From Lentisphaeria bacterium (lineage in GTDB: Bacteria; Verrucomicrobiota; Lentisphaeria; JABSQK01; JAWLHB01): a DNA stretch of 64,000 nt. The stretch is taken from NCBI GenBank assembly GCA_041690595.1, contig JAWLHB010000006.1, positions 1 through 64,000 on the forward strand, in the 5' to 3' direction. Below the pieces are notes generated by a model, which worked only from the letters and a program-made list of their open reading frames with translations, was not told where the DNA came from and did no database searches. Made by a program: the position numbers and the translations under genes. Positions 38,008-48,666 of the stretch are shown here, one piece after another. Position 1 is the first letter of the stretch. Every line of letters begins with the position of its first letter.

Positions 38008-40047
38008 ATGTCCGAACGCCTTCGCCGCATTCTGCCCGGTGCCATCGCACCTCTGCTCTTTCTCCTGGCAGCCCTGCCTCTGCTGAACCGCAGCCTGTGG
38101 CACGACGAGCTGGTTACGGTGCGCATGTTCAGCGGGCAGACGCACGGGTTCGACGTTGTCAGTGTCTATCCGTACCCGAATAATCATCTCCTCAATTCGT
38201 TGCTGATCCACTGGCTCCTGCCGCTTGGGAGCAGCGAATGGCTGATCCGCCTGCCGGCTGTTGCCGGAACCGTGCTCCTTCTCGTTGCCTTTTACTTCTG
38301 GATGCAGCTCTACTTCAAGCCGCTTCCGGCCGCGGCCATGACAGTCGCTATTCTGCTGGTGATGCCGGTCTTCGGCTATGGCATTCATGCGCGCGGCTAT
38401 TCTCTCATGATGGGGTTCGGGACAGCGGCCATGGCCCTGCTCGACTATTACCGGCAGCGGCGCCATCTGGCAGCCTTCGCCGGCGCCTGGCTGTGCCTGG
38501 TACTCGCCACCTATGCGATCCTAACTGCCGCCCTGTTGCTGGGTGGCGCGGCTCTGGCGCAGCTGGCACTGTGGGGGGTCATGCGGGAGAAGAAAGCGAC
38601 TCCGCCAAAGAGCCGGCAAGCTTCGTCCAGGAAGGGCACTTCTTTGCCTCCTCCCGCGCCCGCGGTTCTCCCCAGGCTCACCCCGCGACGGCTGGCGGCC
38701 GAGGCAGGCATCATGCTTGGAGCGTGTATCATCGTCGGGTTGCTCTACTGGCCGGTGCTGGATCAGCTTCGTACGGTCATGAAGAGCCAGGCCTTTCCGT
38801 ATACGCCCGCCGCGCTGATTGCCGGACTCGATCATGTGCTGCAGGCTCCCGTCATCCTGGGTCTGGCGCTGCTGGTGGTGCCGGGCGTTTGCGAGGCACA
38901 GAAGCGGGGGCGGGAAGTGTGGCTGCTTCTTGGGGTCACAGCGGCGACTCCTCTGGCCTTCATGGGGATCATGCGCATGTCCGGCCCGCCGCGCTCCTAC
39001 CTCTACCTCATTCCCCCGGTCTGGGCCGCCATCTGCTTCAGCTTCGCCTGGTACTGGCGATTGCTCCGCAAGTACCTGCCGGCCGCGGCGACAGGCGCCA
39101 TTCTGGTGCTCGCCATTGGGGGCTGGCTGGGCAGCGGCCTGTATTCCTTTCTCCGCCATCCCAACACCGCCATGTCCGGATGCCCTGACGAAGACTGGAA
39201 AGAGGGAGTGCAAGAAGCCTTGGGGCAGGCTAAGCCCGGCCAGATCCTCCAGTTCCGCGCCAACACTGGCTCTCCCGTCACATCCACCTGCGCCGACTAC
39301 TACCTCAGCCACAATTCGGAGTCGACCGCTCGACTGGCGAAGCAGAACGGTGTTATTCCGGTGCTGCCCGCCAATGGAGAGGCGACAATTCTGACCGGCA
39401 GCTTCCTTAACGTCTGGGAGCCCGGTCAGGAGCGTGTCGATCCCTTTGCCGGTCTTGACAGGTGGGTGGTGACAACGCCTCAGCCTGACCGCTTCAACAC
39501 CCTGGCCCTCGCCACCAGCAACCTGCGCCTGCCATCCTTGCGGCACAAGTCGTCCCTCTCTCTCGAAGAGCATGTCTCCCATCAGCGGCCGTTGCCGCGG
39601 GCGGTGGTGGTTCATCGGGGAGATGCTCCAAGCCGAACCGCCACCTTCACCAACAGCGGCGATGCCACGCAGAAGGTCCGGCTGGAATTGCCCCTGGAAG
39701 TGGTCGATGGGGCGGAAGCTGTGGTCGTCAGCATCGATGCGCACTATCCTCGGCTGCAATCGGTGCTTTTCATGGGCGAAGACTTTCCCCGCTGGGGGAG
39801 CGCCGCGGACTACCTCATCGGCCTGGCCCCCGATCGCAAGTCGCCTATCTCCGTCTTCACGCTGCAAGCCACGGCATCGAATCTTCTTCTGGAGGACGCA
39901 CCACAGGTCATCGTGTCGACACAACCGCAAAGGGTGCGTCAGTGGCTCATCCTTCCTTATCAGGCAAACGTCCGTCTGATCGTTGAACTCGACCTGAAGC
40001 CTGGCCATTCCTTCACCCTGACGGATCCGGTCGTGGGCTATTACTGA
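38008..40047 (+). CDS. GT-C (PMT/GT39-like) integral membrane glycosyltransferase-like protein
   Basis: RSLWHDE, NNHLL, EWLIRLP, ARGYSL motifs with many TM helices. Confidence 0.7.
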   Translation: MSERLRRILPGAIAPLLFLLAALPLLNRSLWHDELVTVRMFSGQTHGFDVVSVYPYPNNHLLNSLLIHWLLPLGSSEWLIRLPAVAGTVLLLVAFYFWMQLYFKPLPAAAMTVAILLVMPVFGYGIHARGYSLMMGFGTAAMALLDYYRQRRHLAAFAGAWLCLVLATYAILTAALLLGGAALAQLALWGVMREKKATPPKSRQASSRKGTSLPPPAPAVLPRLTPRRLAAEAGIMLGACIIVGLLYWPVLDQLRTVMKSQAFPYTPAALIAGLDHVLQAPVILGLALLVVPGVCEAQKRGREVWLLLGVTAATPLAFMGIMRMSGPPRSYLYLIPPVWAAICFSFAWYWRLLRKYLPAAATGAILVLAIGGWLGSGLYSFLRHPNTAMSGCPDEDWKEGVQEALGQAKPGQILQFRANTGSPVTSTCADYYLSHNSESTARLAKQNGVIPVLPANGEATILTGSFLNVWEPGQERVDPFAGLDRWVVTTPQPDRFNTLALATSNLRLPSLRHKSSLSLEEHVSHQRPLPRAVVVHRGDAPSRTATFTNSGDATQKVRLELPLEVVDGAEAVVVSIDAHYPRLQSVLFMGEDFPRWGSAADYLIGLAPDRKSPISVFTLQATASNLLLEDAPQVIVSTQPQRVRQWLILPYQANVRLIVELDLKPGHSFTLTDPVVGYY

Positions 40048-40979
40048 CCGTCGGGCTCAGGCTCCGCGGCCATCGCCTCCAGCTTGACGGCGGCCTGGCG
40101 CTTGTAGCCGGCATGACCACGCTCCAAGGCAATGAGCCGCTCGTAGTGTGCCTTCGCCATGGCTGCATTTCCCTCTGCCTCATAGCTTTCGGCGATCTTG
40201 TAGAGCGCGATCGAATGATCCAGCGAACCGGTGCGCGGATGGTCGAGGACCTTCTGGTATTCCGCCCGGGCCGCCTCGTGAGCTGCCTCATGCATAAAAC
40301 AGTCCCCCATCTTGATCTGGCTCTGCAGGACGAGATGTACGGGCCGCCAGTCCAGCTCGTTGATAAAGCCATAGTACGTGCGAGCCGCCGCCATATCCCC
40401 CTGCTTCAGCGCCAGGTCAGCCAGAGCAAAAGCGGCACGCACACGCTGGTTGGGATCGGCGGACGCAGTGTCGGCGATCTCCACATAAAGCTGCCGAGCC
40501 GCTTCGATCTGATCCTCTTCAAGCTCGACCTCGGCCAGGCGATGCTTGGCCTGAACGGCCATATCCACATCGGCGTCAACATTTTCCAGGATCTGCCGGA
40601 ATGCTTCGCGGGCGGCCTTCGGCTGTTTCTGCCGCACGTAGAGCAACCCGATCTGCTCAAAAGCGCGTCCCTTCCAGGTTTGGGAGACGCCCTCCATCTC
40701 GGTAATCTTCCGGTACTCCTTCTCGGCCTGATCCATCTGGCCGAGTCGCAAGGAGGCCAGGGCTGCATGACTGTACGCCTGCGCACCGGCGTCGGGGTTG
40801 GGGGCTTCCGCGGCCGCCTTGACAAAGGCCTCACGAGCGGATTCGTACTGCTGCGCCCGCAAAGCTTCCTTTCCAGCATTCATGCCGGCGTTGTAGGCTT
40901 CCGTCCCCAAGCCGATCATGGGCATCAGGCACAAAGCCAGGATCAGCCCCAGGGTTCTCAGATTTCGACCATCCTTCAT
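40041..40979 (-). CDS. Exported tetratricopeptide-repeat protein
   Basis: Signal peptide followed by several TPR-like helical repeats. Confidence 0.8.
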   Translation of the reverse strand: MKDGRNLRTLGLILALCLMPMIGLGTEAYNAGMNAGKEALRAQQYESAREAFVKAAAEAPNPDAGAQAYSHAALASLRLGQMDQAEKEYRKITEMEGVSQTWKGRAFEQIGLLYVRQKQPKAAREAFRQILENVDADVDMAVQAKHRLAEVELEEDQIEAARQLYVEIADTASADPNQRVRAAFALADLALKQGDMAAARTYYGFINELDWRPVHLVLQSQIKMGDCFMHEAAHEAARAEYQKVLDHPRTGSLDHSIALYKIAESYEAEGNAAMAKAHYERLIALERGHAGYKRQAAVKLEAMAAEPEPDGQ

Positions 40980-41045
40980 CAGCGAGCATCTCCAGATCCG
41001 GTTTCCGTAGCAGTCACACCTTTCTTATGTGTAGCGATTTTGGGC

Positions 41046-41091
41046 AAAAAAAGCAAACCTGCCGGGGCTCTTTTGCGGGAGCACCGGCAGG
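41046..41091 (-). terminator. Rho-independent terminator of the fix/etf/acd operon
   Basis: Minus strand CCTGCCGG...CCGGCAGG hairpin followed by TTTGCTTTTTTT, about 30 bp after the acyl-CoA dehydrogenase stop. Confidence 0.7.
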
Positions 41092-41123
41092 CTTGACAGA
41101 GAATCATCTCAGATCGCGATCGA

Positions 41124-42809
41124 TCAGGCGAACTGCTCCAGCGCCAGTGGCCGGTCACTCAGGACGTACTCGTGGTTCATCCGCGCCCGCGGTCCCATAT
41201 CCGCGATGAAGCGCTTGGCAATCTGACGCTTGTACTCCCACTTCTCTGCTTGATTGAGCAGCAGCCAGCCGATGTAGACGTCGATCGCCAGATCCGTCAG
41301 CTTCGGCGCCATCAGGTCACGATAGTCACCGTCGCACTCCAGGAGATGAGCGATGGCTTCATCCATCTGGCTTTGCGCCACCTTGACCTTCGCGGCGAGT
41401 CCAGCCAGTTCTGGATCGGCAAACTCCTTCACCACCATGTCGAGGATGGGCTGCATGTCCCCTTTCAGGAGGCGCGGCAGACACCAGACTATCTGGATCT
41501 GGCTTGTGCCCTCGTAGATGTTGGTGATGCGCGCATCGCGATAGAGGCGCTCCACCGGATAGTCCTTCATGAAACCATTGCCGCCATGCACCTGAATGGC
41601 GATGCTGGAAATGCGGTTGGCCAGCTCCGTGCAGTAGTACTTGACCATCGGGGTGAGCAGATCGGCCATCTTGCTCCATTTCCGGGTCTCGTCCTTCAGC
41701 TCCTTCTTTTCGGCCCCTTCCTGCATGTCCACGGCAAAGCTGGTGGCATAAAGCAGCGCGCGTCCCGCTTCGGTGTAGACCCGCATCTCCGCCAGCATGC
41801 TGGCTACTTGCGGGAACTCCTTGATGGGCTTGCCGAACTGCTCGCGCTCATTCGCATAGCGCGTGCCTTCGCGCAGCGCGGCTTCACTGATACCCTGCGC
41901 CTGAGCCGCCACGCCAAGACGTGCCGCCGCCATCAGCCAGGCAGTATAGCGGGCCAGCCCCAGCCCCCGTTTGCCCACCAGCCGCGCTTCGACGTTATCG
42001 AAGTAAAGCTCGCAAGTCGGCGAACCATGGATGCCCAGCTTGTTCTCGATGCGCCGCACATGAAGGTTCGGCCCCTTCTCACAGACGAAGAAGGACAAGC
42101 CGCGGCTGCCGGCACGATCCTCACTGCGCGCCAGGACCACATGAACATCGCCGCAACCATTGGTGATGAAGCGCTTTGTGCCCTTCAGGTACCACATCCC
42201 CGTCTCTGGATTCTGTTGCGCCGCCAGGTCGGACTTGGTGCGAATCGCCGCCAGGTCAGAACCGGCATCGGGTTCCGTCAGCACCATGGCTCCGGTCTTT
42301 TCGCCGCTCGCCATCTGGGGAAGGTACTTCTCCTTGCTCTCCTCGTCGCCGAAATGCTCGATCGTCTCGCCAATGCCTTGCAGACCGAAGAAGTTCATCA
42401 GGCTCGCGTCGGCGCGACTGATCAACTCCGTGGCGGCGGTGTAGAAGGTCTTGGAGAAGCCCAGGCCGCCGTACTTGCGGCCAAGCGTGATGCCGCACAG
42501 TTGCGCCTCGGCCAGATCAGCCAGATTGCGCTTGAGGGCATCACAGAAGATCACCTCGCCGTTGACCAGCTCGCAACCCTCGCGATCGACTTCCTCGGCG
42601 CGAGGCGCGATGCGCTGAGCGGCCACCTCGCCAATCGGCGACGCCAGCATGTCCAGATTGGCCTCGCGGGCCTCTTCAGCGTTGTCGAAGATTGCCTCTT
42701 CGCCCTCCAGGTCGCCCCGCATCTCGAAAAGCGAGGTCCAGTCGATCATCTGTTCCATCACGAACTTCAGATCGGCATTATCATTGTAGAAATTCTCGTC
42801 TGCCATCAT
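41124..42809 (-). CDS. Acyl-CoA dehydrogenase
   Basis: MVLTEPDAGSDL, GTKRFITNG, KLGIHGSPTC, REQFGKPI, QVHGGNG, IYEGTSQIQ. Start at ATG 42809/42806 after GAGGA. Confidence 0.93.
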   Translation of the reverse strand: MMADENFYNDNADLKFVMEQMIDWTSLFEMRGDLEGEEAIFDNAEEAREANLDMLASPIGEVAAQRIAPRAEEVDREGCELVNGEVIFCDALKRNLADLAEAQLCGITLGRKYGGLGFSKTFYTAATELISRADASLMNFFGLQGIGETIEHFGDEESKEKYLPQMASGEKTGAMVLTEPDAGSDLAAIRTKSDLAAQQNPETGMWYLKGTKRFITNGCGDVHVVLARSEDRAGSRGLSFFVCEKGPNLHVRRIENKLGIHGSPTCELYFDNVEARLVGKRGLGLARYTAWLMAAARLGVAAQAQGISEAALREGTRYANEREQFGKPIKEFPQVASMLAEMRVYTEAGRALLYATSFAVDMQEGAEKKELKDETRKWSKMADLLTPMVKYYCTELANRISSIAIQVHGGNGFMKDYPVERLYRDARITNIYEGTSQIQIVWCLPRLLKGDMQPILDMVVKEFADPELAGLAAKVKVAQSQMDEAIAHLLECDGDYRDLMAPKLTDLAIDVYIGWLLLNQAEKWEYKRQIAKRFIADMGPRARMNHEYVLSDRPLALEQFA

Positions 42810-42840
42810 CTTCCTCGGCTTGTTAAGCTGCTTTTCTTGA

Positions 42841-43809
42841 TCAGGAAAGGAGATCGACCAGTTTCGGCACCACGGAATTGAGGTCACCGACGATCTTGTA
42901 GTGGGCCATCTTGTAGATGGGAGCGCTCGGATCATTATTGATCGCTATGATCTGTTTGGCATCGCGAATACCGACCACGTGCTGGACGGCTCCGCTGATA
43001 CCCACGGCAATGTAGAGGTCGGGCCGCACCGTCACCCCGGTCTGCCCGATCTGGCGCTCGTGAGAGACCCAGCCGGCATCCACGGCTGCCCGTGTCGCCC
43101 CAATCTCCGCATTGAGCTTCGACGCCAACTGCTCGAGCAATTGGAAGTTCGCCGCATTGCCCACGCCCGCGCCGCCACCGATGATCACCTTGGCGTCCTT
43201 CAGGTTCACCGTCTTGCGAGCCACTTCACGTCGGTCAAGCGTCGTCGACTGCTCCTCGGCGCCAATAGCCACCGTGACGCTCACGGCCTCGCCGCCGCCC
43301 GCTCCCGCCGCCGCTGCTTCGGCAATCCCGTCCTTGCAGGTGACAATCGCCAGCCCGCCGCCGGCGTTCCGATACAGGGTATACGCCTGGGCGTCGAAAT
43401 CCAGCCGCTTGAAGGTGCAGACCGTTCCGTCGCACGCAATATCCGAGCAATCCACGACGCATCCAGCGTCGAGACGCCCTGCCAACAGGGGACCGACGTC
43501 ATTGCCGACGGTCGACGCCGGCAGGATCAACAACCTCGCGGGCTGCTGCTCCAGCAACTGGGCCAGTGCCGCCGCATACGGCTTGGGAAGATAATCGGCA
43601 AGTGCCGCATCCTCGACCGCGAAGGCGACATCGGCGCCACGCGCAATAACTTCAGCCGCCACCTTTTCAGCGTCGGCACCGAGAACCGCGGCGCCGACGG
43701 TTTTGCCGCCACAGCAACCGGCGAGTTGCCGGGCCTTGGCCAGGCACTGCAACGAAAGATCGGTGATGCCGTCCGCATCATGCTCGATATAAACCAGAAT
43801 ATCAGCCAT
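42841..43809 (-). CDS. etfA: Electron transfer flavoprotein alpha subunit
   Basis: GATRAAVDAGW...QIGQTGVTVRPDLYIAVGISGAVQH. Confidence 0.95.
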   Translation of the reverse strand: MADILVYIEHDADGITDLSLQCLAKARQLAGCCGGKTVGAAVLGADAEKVAAEVIARGADVAFAVEDAALADYLPKPYAAALAQLLEQQPARLLILPASTVGNDVGPLLAGRLDAGCVVDCSDIACDGTVCTFKRLDFDAQAYTLYRNAGGGLAIVTCKDGIAEAAAAGAGGGEAVSVTVAIGAEEQSTTLDRREVARKTVNLKDAKVIIGGGAGVGNAANFQLLEQLASKLNAEIGATRAAVDAGWVSHERQIGQTGVTVRPDLYIAVGISGAVQHVVGIRDAKQIIAINNDPSAPIYKMAHYKIVGDLNSVVPKLVDLLS

Positions 43810-43838
43810 CTGTAAAACTCCCTCGTCCGTTTTCTGCC

Positions 43839-44618
43839 TCAGAGAACTTCGTCAAGCATCGCCTTGAGTGCCGCGCCGCTTTCGGGGTCGACATCCTTGG
43901 TGTCGATCTGCCGCCGCGGTATCGCCTCGAAGCCGGCCACGACGATCTTCGCGCCACTGAGTTCGACCCCCAGCTCGGCGGCGGTCCACTCCGGAATCGG
44001 CGCTTTCTTCATCTTCAGCTTCAGCATGGCCTTGGCGCTGCGCGGCGTCCGCGGATCGTCCGTCAACAGGTAGACGCCCATGACCAGAACGGCAGGCAGT
44101 TTGGCCCTAATAAACTCGCTCCCCATCTCGATTTCACGCTTGCAGAGGGCGCTGTCGGCGCCAAGCTCCACCAGGCTGTCCACGTAGGTGATCTGATCCA
44201 CTCCAAGGCGAGCCGCCACTTCGGCGCCAAGCAGGGAATTCTCGCCTTCGGGCACACTCACGCCTACCAACACCAGGTCAAACGTTCCCAGCTTGCGGAT
44301 GGCAGCGGCCAGCAGTGCAGCCTGGCCGGCGGTATCCAACTCATTCGTTGGCGGAACCACCCGCACCACCTCGTCAACCCCGCGGAAAAGTGCCTCCCGC
44401 AGGACGTCGACATCCCGAACGGCGCCAACGGAGAGTACCGTCACCTTGCCGCCCTGCTTGTCCTTGATCTGCAACGCCATTTCCAGCGCATTCAGATCCT
44501 CCGGTTCAAACCGTTTGCTCAGCGCGCCTTCATTGAGCGCATTTCCGCTGACCACTCCGGGCAGCAGGTCACGCGTATCCCAGACTTCGCGTGCGATCAC
44601 GATACTATTGCAGGCCAT
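43839..44618 (-). CDS. etfB: Electron transfer flavoprotein beta subunit (divergent)
   Basis: DLNALEMALQIK..GGKVTVLSVG, LREAL.RGVD; adjacent to etfA. Confidence 0.85.
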   Translation of the reverse strand: MACNSIVIAREVWDTRDLLPGVVSGNALNEGALSKRFEPEDLNALEMALQIKDKQGGKVTVLSVGAVRDVDVLREALFRGVDEVVRVVPPTNELDTAGQAALLAAAIRKLGTFDLVLVGVSVPEGENSLLGAEVAARLGVDQITYVDSLVELGADSALCKREIEMGSEFIRAKLPAVLVMGVYLLTDDPRTPRSAKAMLKLKMKKAPIPEWTAAELGVELSGAKIVVAGFEAIPRRQIDTKDVDPESGAALKAMLDEVL

Positions 44619-44762
44619 CCCATTCCTCCTTATGCATCTCTTTCATAGTGCCGTCTTTCCCAAATCTCCACTTCGCAGGCCGCTGCGGCTGCCTTCCCCG
44701 TAAGTTGTTATCCATCCTCACGAGGCAGTCTTGCCTTGCGGTCGCGGAGAAACCATCTCGGA

Positions 44763-45065
44763 TCAGCCAAATCGATACTTCACGCCCATCGCCCCATCCG
44801 GAAAGGCCCATTTCACCGAATCATGCGGGCAGACCTGGATGCAGGTACCGCACTCCAGGCAATTGTCATGCGACACCATGATCTGCTTCGCGTCGTTCGG
44901 ATTCGGCTTGTATACCTCCGCCGGACACAGCAGCACGCATGGCTGCCCCACGCAGCCGGCACAGATCGCGTTATCCACTTCTATATGCGGATGATCCGTA
45001 TCCGGCTCGTACTTCGTCCGGTACAGCTTGTCCTGCAGGGTCATGGTCAACAGATCGTCACTCAT
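44763..45065 (-). CDS. fixX: FixX-type ferredoxin
   Basis: HIEV..CAGC..QPCVLLCPA, CLECGTCIQVC, W.FP.G.MGV.YRFG. Confidence 0.92.
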   Translation of the reverse strand: MSDDLLTMTLQDKLYRTKYEPDTDHPHIEVDNAICAGCVGQPCVLLCPAEVYKPNPNDAKQIMVSHDNCLECGTCIQVCPHDSVKWAFPDGAMGVKYRFG

Positions 45066-45087
45066 CGTACTTCTCCCCAAGGATCTG

Positions 45088-46419
45088 TTACATCAGTTTT
45101 CGCGCTTTGATCATGTCTCGCGCAAACTTGAGCTTCGGCAGCCCGCGGAAGAAGGTGCGAATCGCTTCCTTCTGAATCGCCTTCTTCGTCTCGTCCGGCT
45201 TCACCGTAAAATAGTCGATCAGCAGGCGGTTGACCCGTTGCGGATAGGCCGACAGGACCTCCGGCGTCGTGTCGAGGATCTCGGGCAGCAGCTTGTACTT
45301 CTCCAGATCCGCCATCGCCACGCTGGCATACATCTTTTCCTCGTAGAAGCGCAGTGTCTGACGCGAATAGTCTCCCGCTTCCTTGGCCTTCAGCACGGTC
45401 TCCGCGGCCAGCATGCCCGACTCCATGGCATGGTTCGTCCCTTCCTTGTAGAGGGACATGTTGACCAGCCCGGCCGCGTCGCCGCAGATCATGACGCCGT
45501 TGCCGGCCAACTGCGGTACACAGCTGAAGCCGCCCTCTGGGATCATGTGTGCGCTGTACTCCACCAGCTCGCCCCCGCGAATATACTTGCTCACCAGCGG
45601 ATGCTGCTTGAACCGGTCCATCACGTCGCGCGGGCGCAATTCATTCTTCACCAGGCTCTCGATCTTGCCGGCAAAGCCAAGCGAGATCGTATCCTTCTCC
45701 GTGTACATGAAGCCGCCGCCGATCACGCCGTCGAAGGGTACGCCAATGAAATCAACCGCCGCCCCCTGCCCCGGCTCCAGCAGGAACCGATCTTCGATGG
45801 TCGCCGCGGGCAGCTTGATGATCTCCTTGATGCCGACCGCGTAGTGCTGGTCGCGCCCGCCCTCGTGCATCCCCAGCGTCTGTACCGCCCGCTTCGTCAC
45901 CAGGCTGTTGGCGCCATCGCACAACAAGATCACATCGGCCAGGAAAGCATCCTCTTCGCCCCGGATCTTGACGCCGATCGCTTTCCTGCCGGCGCCTTCG
46001 CCCTCGTAGACCAGGTCATCCACGACCATGCCTTCGAGAAGGCTCGCACCCGCCTCTTCCGCCTTCCCGGCAAACCACCGGTCAAACTGCGAACGATGAA
46101 CCGTAAACGTGTAGTTATAGGGCGCATCCCCCCACTCCCGCGATCCGAAATCGAGGGAGACGTGCTCCTTCTGCCCCAGAAAATAGATCTGGCGGCGAAC
46201 TACCGACCGCTCGATCGGTGCCTCCTCCCAGAAATTCGGAATCAACTTGTTCAGCACGGTCCCATACAGCAGACCGCCCACATTCTTGCTGCCGCAGTAC
46301 TCGCCGCGCTCGACGACGATTACCTCCAGCCCGTTGCTGGCAAGGACGTGCGCCGCCGCCAAACCGGCAGGCCCCCCACCAACAATAATCGCATCAACTT
46401 TGACCTGGTCTTCAGCCAT
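45088..46419 (-). CDS. fixC: FixC-type FAD-dependent ETF:quinone oxidoreductase
   Basis: GGGPAG, ERGEYCGSKN.GG, EYSAHMIPEGG, GDAAG, EG.N.AM.SG. Confidence 0.92.
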   Translation of the reverse strand: MAEDQVKVDAIIVGGGPAGLAAAHVLASNGLEVIVVERGEYCGSKNVGGLLYGTVLNKLIPNFWEEAPIERSVVRRQIYFLGQKEHVSLDFGSREWGDAPYNYTFTVHRSQFDRWFAGKAEEAGASLLEGMVVDDLVYEGEGAGRKAIGVKIRGEEDAFLADVILLCDGANSLVTKRAVQTLGMHEGGRDQHYAVGIKEIIKLPAATIEDRFLLEPGQGAAVDFIGVPFDGVIGGGFMYTEKDTISLGFAGKIESLVKNELRPRDVMDRFKQHPLVSKYIRGGELVEYSAHMIPEGGFSCVPQLAGNGVMICGDAAGLVNMSLYKEGTNHAMESGMLAAETVLKAKEAGDYSRQTLRFYEEKMYASVAMADLEKYKLLPEILDTTPEVLSAYPQRVNRLLIDYFTVKPDETKKAIQKEAIRTFFRGLPKLKFARDMIKARKLM

Positions 46420-46585
46420 GGATGATGCAGCCCCCCCAATAGCTCAAATGGTTCAAGACGTGAACGCGGTTTCCCCCCGCGCATTCAAGCACAAATATAG
46501 ATACCCCCCCGCGCTTTGCAAAAGCTTTCCGCAAAAGAAACGCTTCCCTTTCACGTCTGGAACCATCTTCAGTGCGTCACCGGCC

Positions 46586-47041
46586 TCAGACGCGCTCTTC
46601 CACCTCCGCCGCCTTCAGGGCCGCTTTTGACGTTATCGGCTTTCCGTTGTCCGTGAAGTCGCCGCGCAGGTACCGCATCGCGATCTTCTCGCGCTCGATC
46701 TCCTGGCGTGTACGTATGCCGAGCCGGCGGAATACCGAGACGGGTGGGCACCAGCCCTGCACGGCATGCTGCATCAGGAACGGCAGCACCACCGCAGGCA
46801 GCATCAACCATTTGCGGGCCCTGGTCGTTCCCAGCAACAGGCCGCCTATGGCCAGAGCCGATGCATTGACCTGAAGCCAACGCTCGATATCCCATTCCTC
46901 CTCCAATTCCTCGATACGCTGGCTGATCTCCTCGTGCCCGCGTCCTTCATAGGCATGTATTCGACACTCCATATCCTGATCGATTCGCCGGTTGACATGG
47001 TCCGACGTGTGCGCGCGTACCCGATCGTGTTCGTGATGCAT
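46586..47041 (-). CDS. DUF2892/YgaP-like membrane protein
   Basis: EWDIER, HAVQGWCPP...RRLGIRT.EI. Confidence 0.75.
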   Translation of the reverse strand: MHHEHDRVRAHTSDHVNRRIDQDMECRIHAYEGRGHEEISQRIEELEEEWDIERWLQVNASALAIGGLLLGTTRARKWLMLPAVVLPFLMQHAVQGWCPPVSVFRRLGIRTRQEIEREKIAMRYLRGDFTDNGKPITSKAALKAAEVEERV

Positions 47042-47183
47042 GATTAAGATGCTCCTTCCTTTTGGGGTTCGGGACTACAACTAAGGTATCCCCCAAGCTT
47101 CCCCCGAAGCAAAAACGCATCTCGCCAACCGCTCGATTCCCCAGTCCCTGCAGGTTTATTTCCGAATCGGATTATCACCCCAG

Positions 47184-48056
47184 CTACGGTATGGAGGCCG
47201 GCTGCCGATAGATGCCGATGCCCGCGCAGACGACGAGCGCAATGCCGACCATGGCAAGCATATCGGGAATCTCCGCGAAGAACCAGAGGCCGAAGAAAAC
47301 CGAGAAGAGTACCGAGCTGTAGCCGTAAGGAGCGAGCCGCGAAGCAAGATCGTGGCGATACGCATGGGTCATGAAGAGCTGCCCAATCGTCCCGCACAGC
47401 CCGGCGGCAACCAGCAGCGTCAGCTCGACCGCGTTGGGCATCTTGAAGGCAATCAGCATCAGCGGCAGCGAGGCGATGCTGCTGAAGGACGTGAAGTGAA
47501 AGGCGATCACCCAGGTATGCTCCGTCTGGTGCAGTTGGCGCACATGCACATAGGCAAGCCCCGCGAAGGCCCCGCCGAGAAGCCCGATCATCCCCGGCAC
47601 ATTGGCGATCTCGAAGCTCGGCTTGATGACCAGCATCACCCCCACAAAGGCGAGCCCCAGCAGCAGCAGCAGTTGCCGCGTCACCCGCTCCGAAAGCAGC
47701 ACCACGCTGAAGAGGGCAACGAAGAGCGGCGCCGTATGGTGCAGCAACGTCGCATCCGCAAGCCGGATTCGCGACAGCGCATAGAAGCCGCAGTTCATCG
47801 CGATGAAGCCGAAGATGCTTCGCGACAGAAGCAACCCGCGCGCATGGCCGAAAAAGGGCAGACGGCGACGCCTCACCATAAAGCCGATGATGACCGCGCT
47901 GACGAGACTGCGTACGAAGACCCCTTCGTAATACGGCAGATCCACCAGCGCCGCCTTCAGGCATGCGTTCATGATGGCAAAGCTCAGACTCGCCAGCACC
48001 ATCAGCAGAACGCCGCGCAACGGATCATGCGGCGACGCGCGGAAACTATCCGACAT
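47184..48056 (-). CDS. EamA/DMT-family transporter
   Basis: About 10 TM helices, LLSERV and FFAEIPD motifs. Start 48056 or 48071. Confidence 0.88.
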   Translation of the reverse strand: MSDSFRASPHDPLRGVLLMVLASLSFAIMNACLKAALVDLPYYEGVFVRSLVSAVIIGFMVRRRRLPFFGHARGLLLSRSIFGFIAMNCGFYALSRIRLADATLLHHTAPLFVALFSVVLLSERVTRQLLLLLGLAFVGVMLVIKPSFEIANVPGMIGLLGGAFAGLAYVHVRQLHQTEHTWVIAFHFTSFSSIASLPLMLIAFKMPNAVELTLLVAAGLCGTIGQLFMTHAYRHDLASRLAPYGYSSVLFSVFFGLWFFAEIPDMLAMVGIALVVCAGIGIYRQPASIP

Positions 48057-48666
48057 GCTTGGCTTCGGCATTCATGTCGAGTGCCTCACGCCGAAGCACG
48101 TACTTGCCGACCATGTCCATTTCCAGATTGACGAACTCGCCCACCTTCGATTCCTGCATGTTCGTGTGCTCCCAGGTAAATGGGATGATGTGCACGTCGA
48201 AGCTGTCGTCGCCCAGATTCGCGACCGTGAGCGAGATGCCGTCAATGGCAATGCTGCCCTTATGGATGATGTACGGCTTGAGCGGGTCGGACAGCCGGTA
48301 CTCCAGCACTATGTCCCCCTCCTCATGGCGGATGTCGAGGATCTCCGCCGTCCCGTCGACATGGCCGGAGACGAGATGGCCGCCAAGACGATCGCCGATC
48401 CGCAGCGCGCGCTCGAGATTGAGCAGCCGCCCCTCGGGAACCCGTCCCAGATTCGTCTTGTGAAGCGTCTCCGCCAACGTGTGGAACTCCAGAATGCCCG
48501 CCTCCGCATCGAGCTTCTCCACCGTCAGGCAGGTCCCATTGATGGCAATACTCTCGCTGACCTCCATGTCGCGCGCCCAGTCCGTTTTGACGATCAGCTT
48601 ACCTGCTTCCCCATTCAGTGTGCGCTTGTGCAGCCGCCCGGCCGCCTCAACTATACCGGTGAACAT
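48046..48666 (-). CDS. ribE: Riboflavin synthase (alpha chain)
   Basis: MFTGIVE N-terminus, NGTCLTV, GGHLVSGHVD, KGSIAIDGISLT. Confidence 0.96.
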   Translation of the reverse strand: MFTGIVEAAGRLHKRTLNGEAGKLIVKTDWARDMEVSESIAINGTCLTVEKLDAEAGILEFHTLAETLHKTNLGRVPEGRLLNLERALRIGDRLGGHLVSGHVDGTAEILDIRHEEGDIVLEYRLSDPLKPYIIHKGSIAIDGISLTVANLGDDSFDVHIIPFTWEHTNMQESKVGEFVNLEMDMVGKYVLRREALDMNAEAKHVG

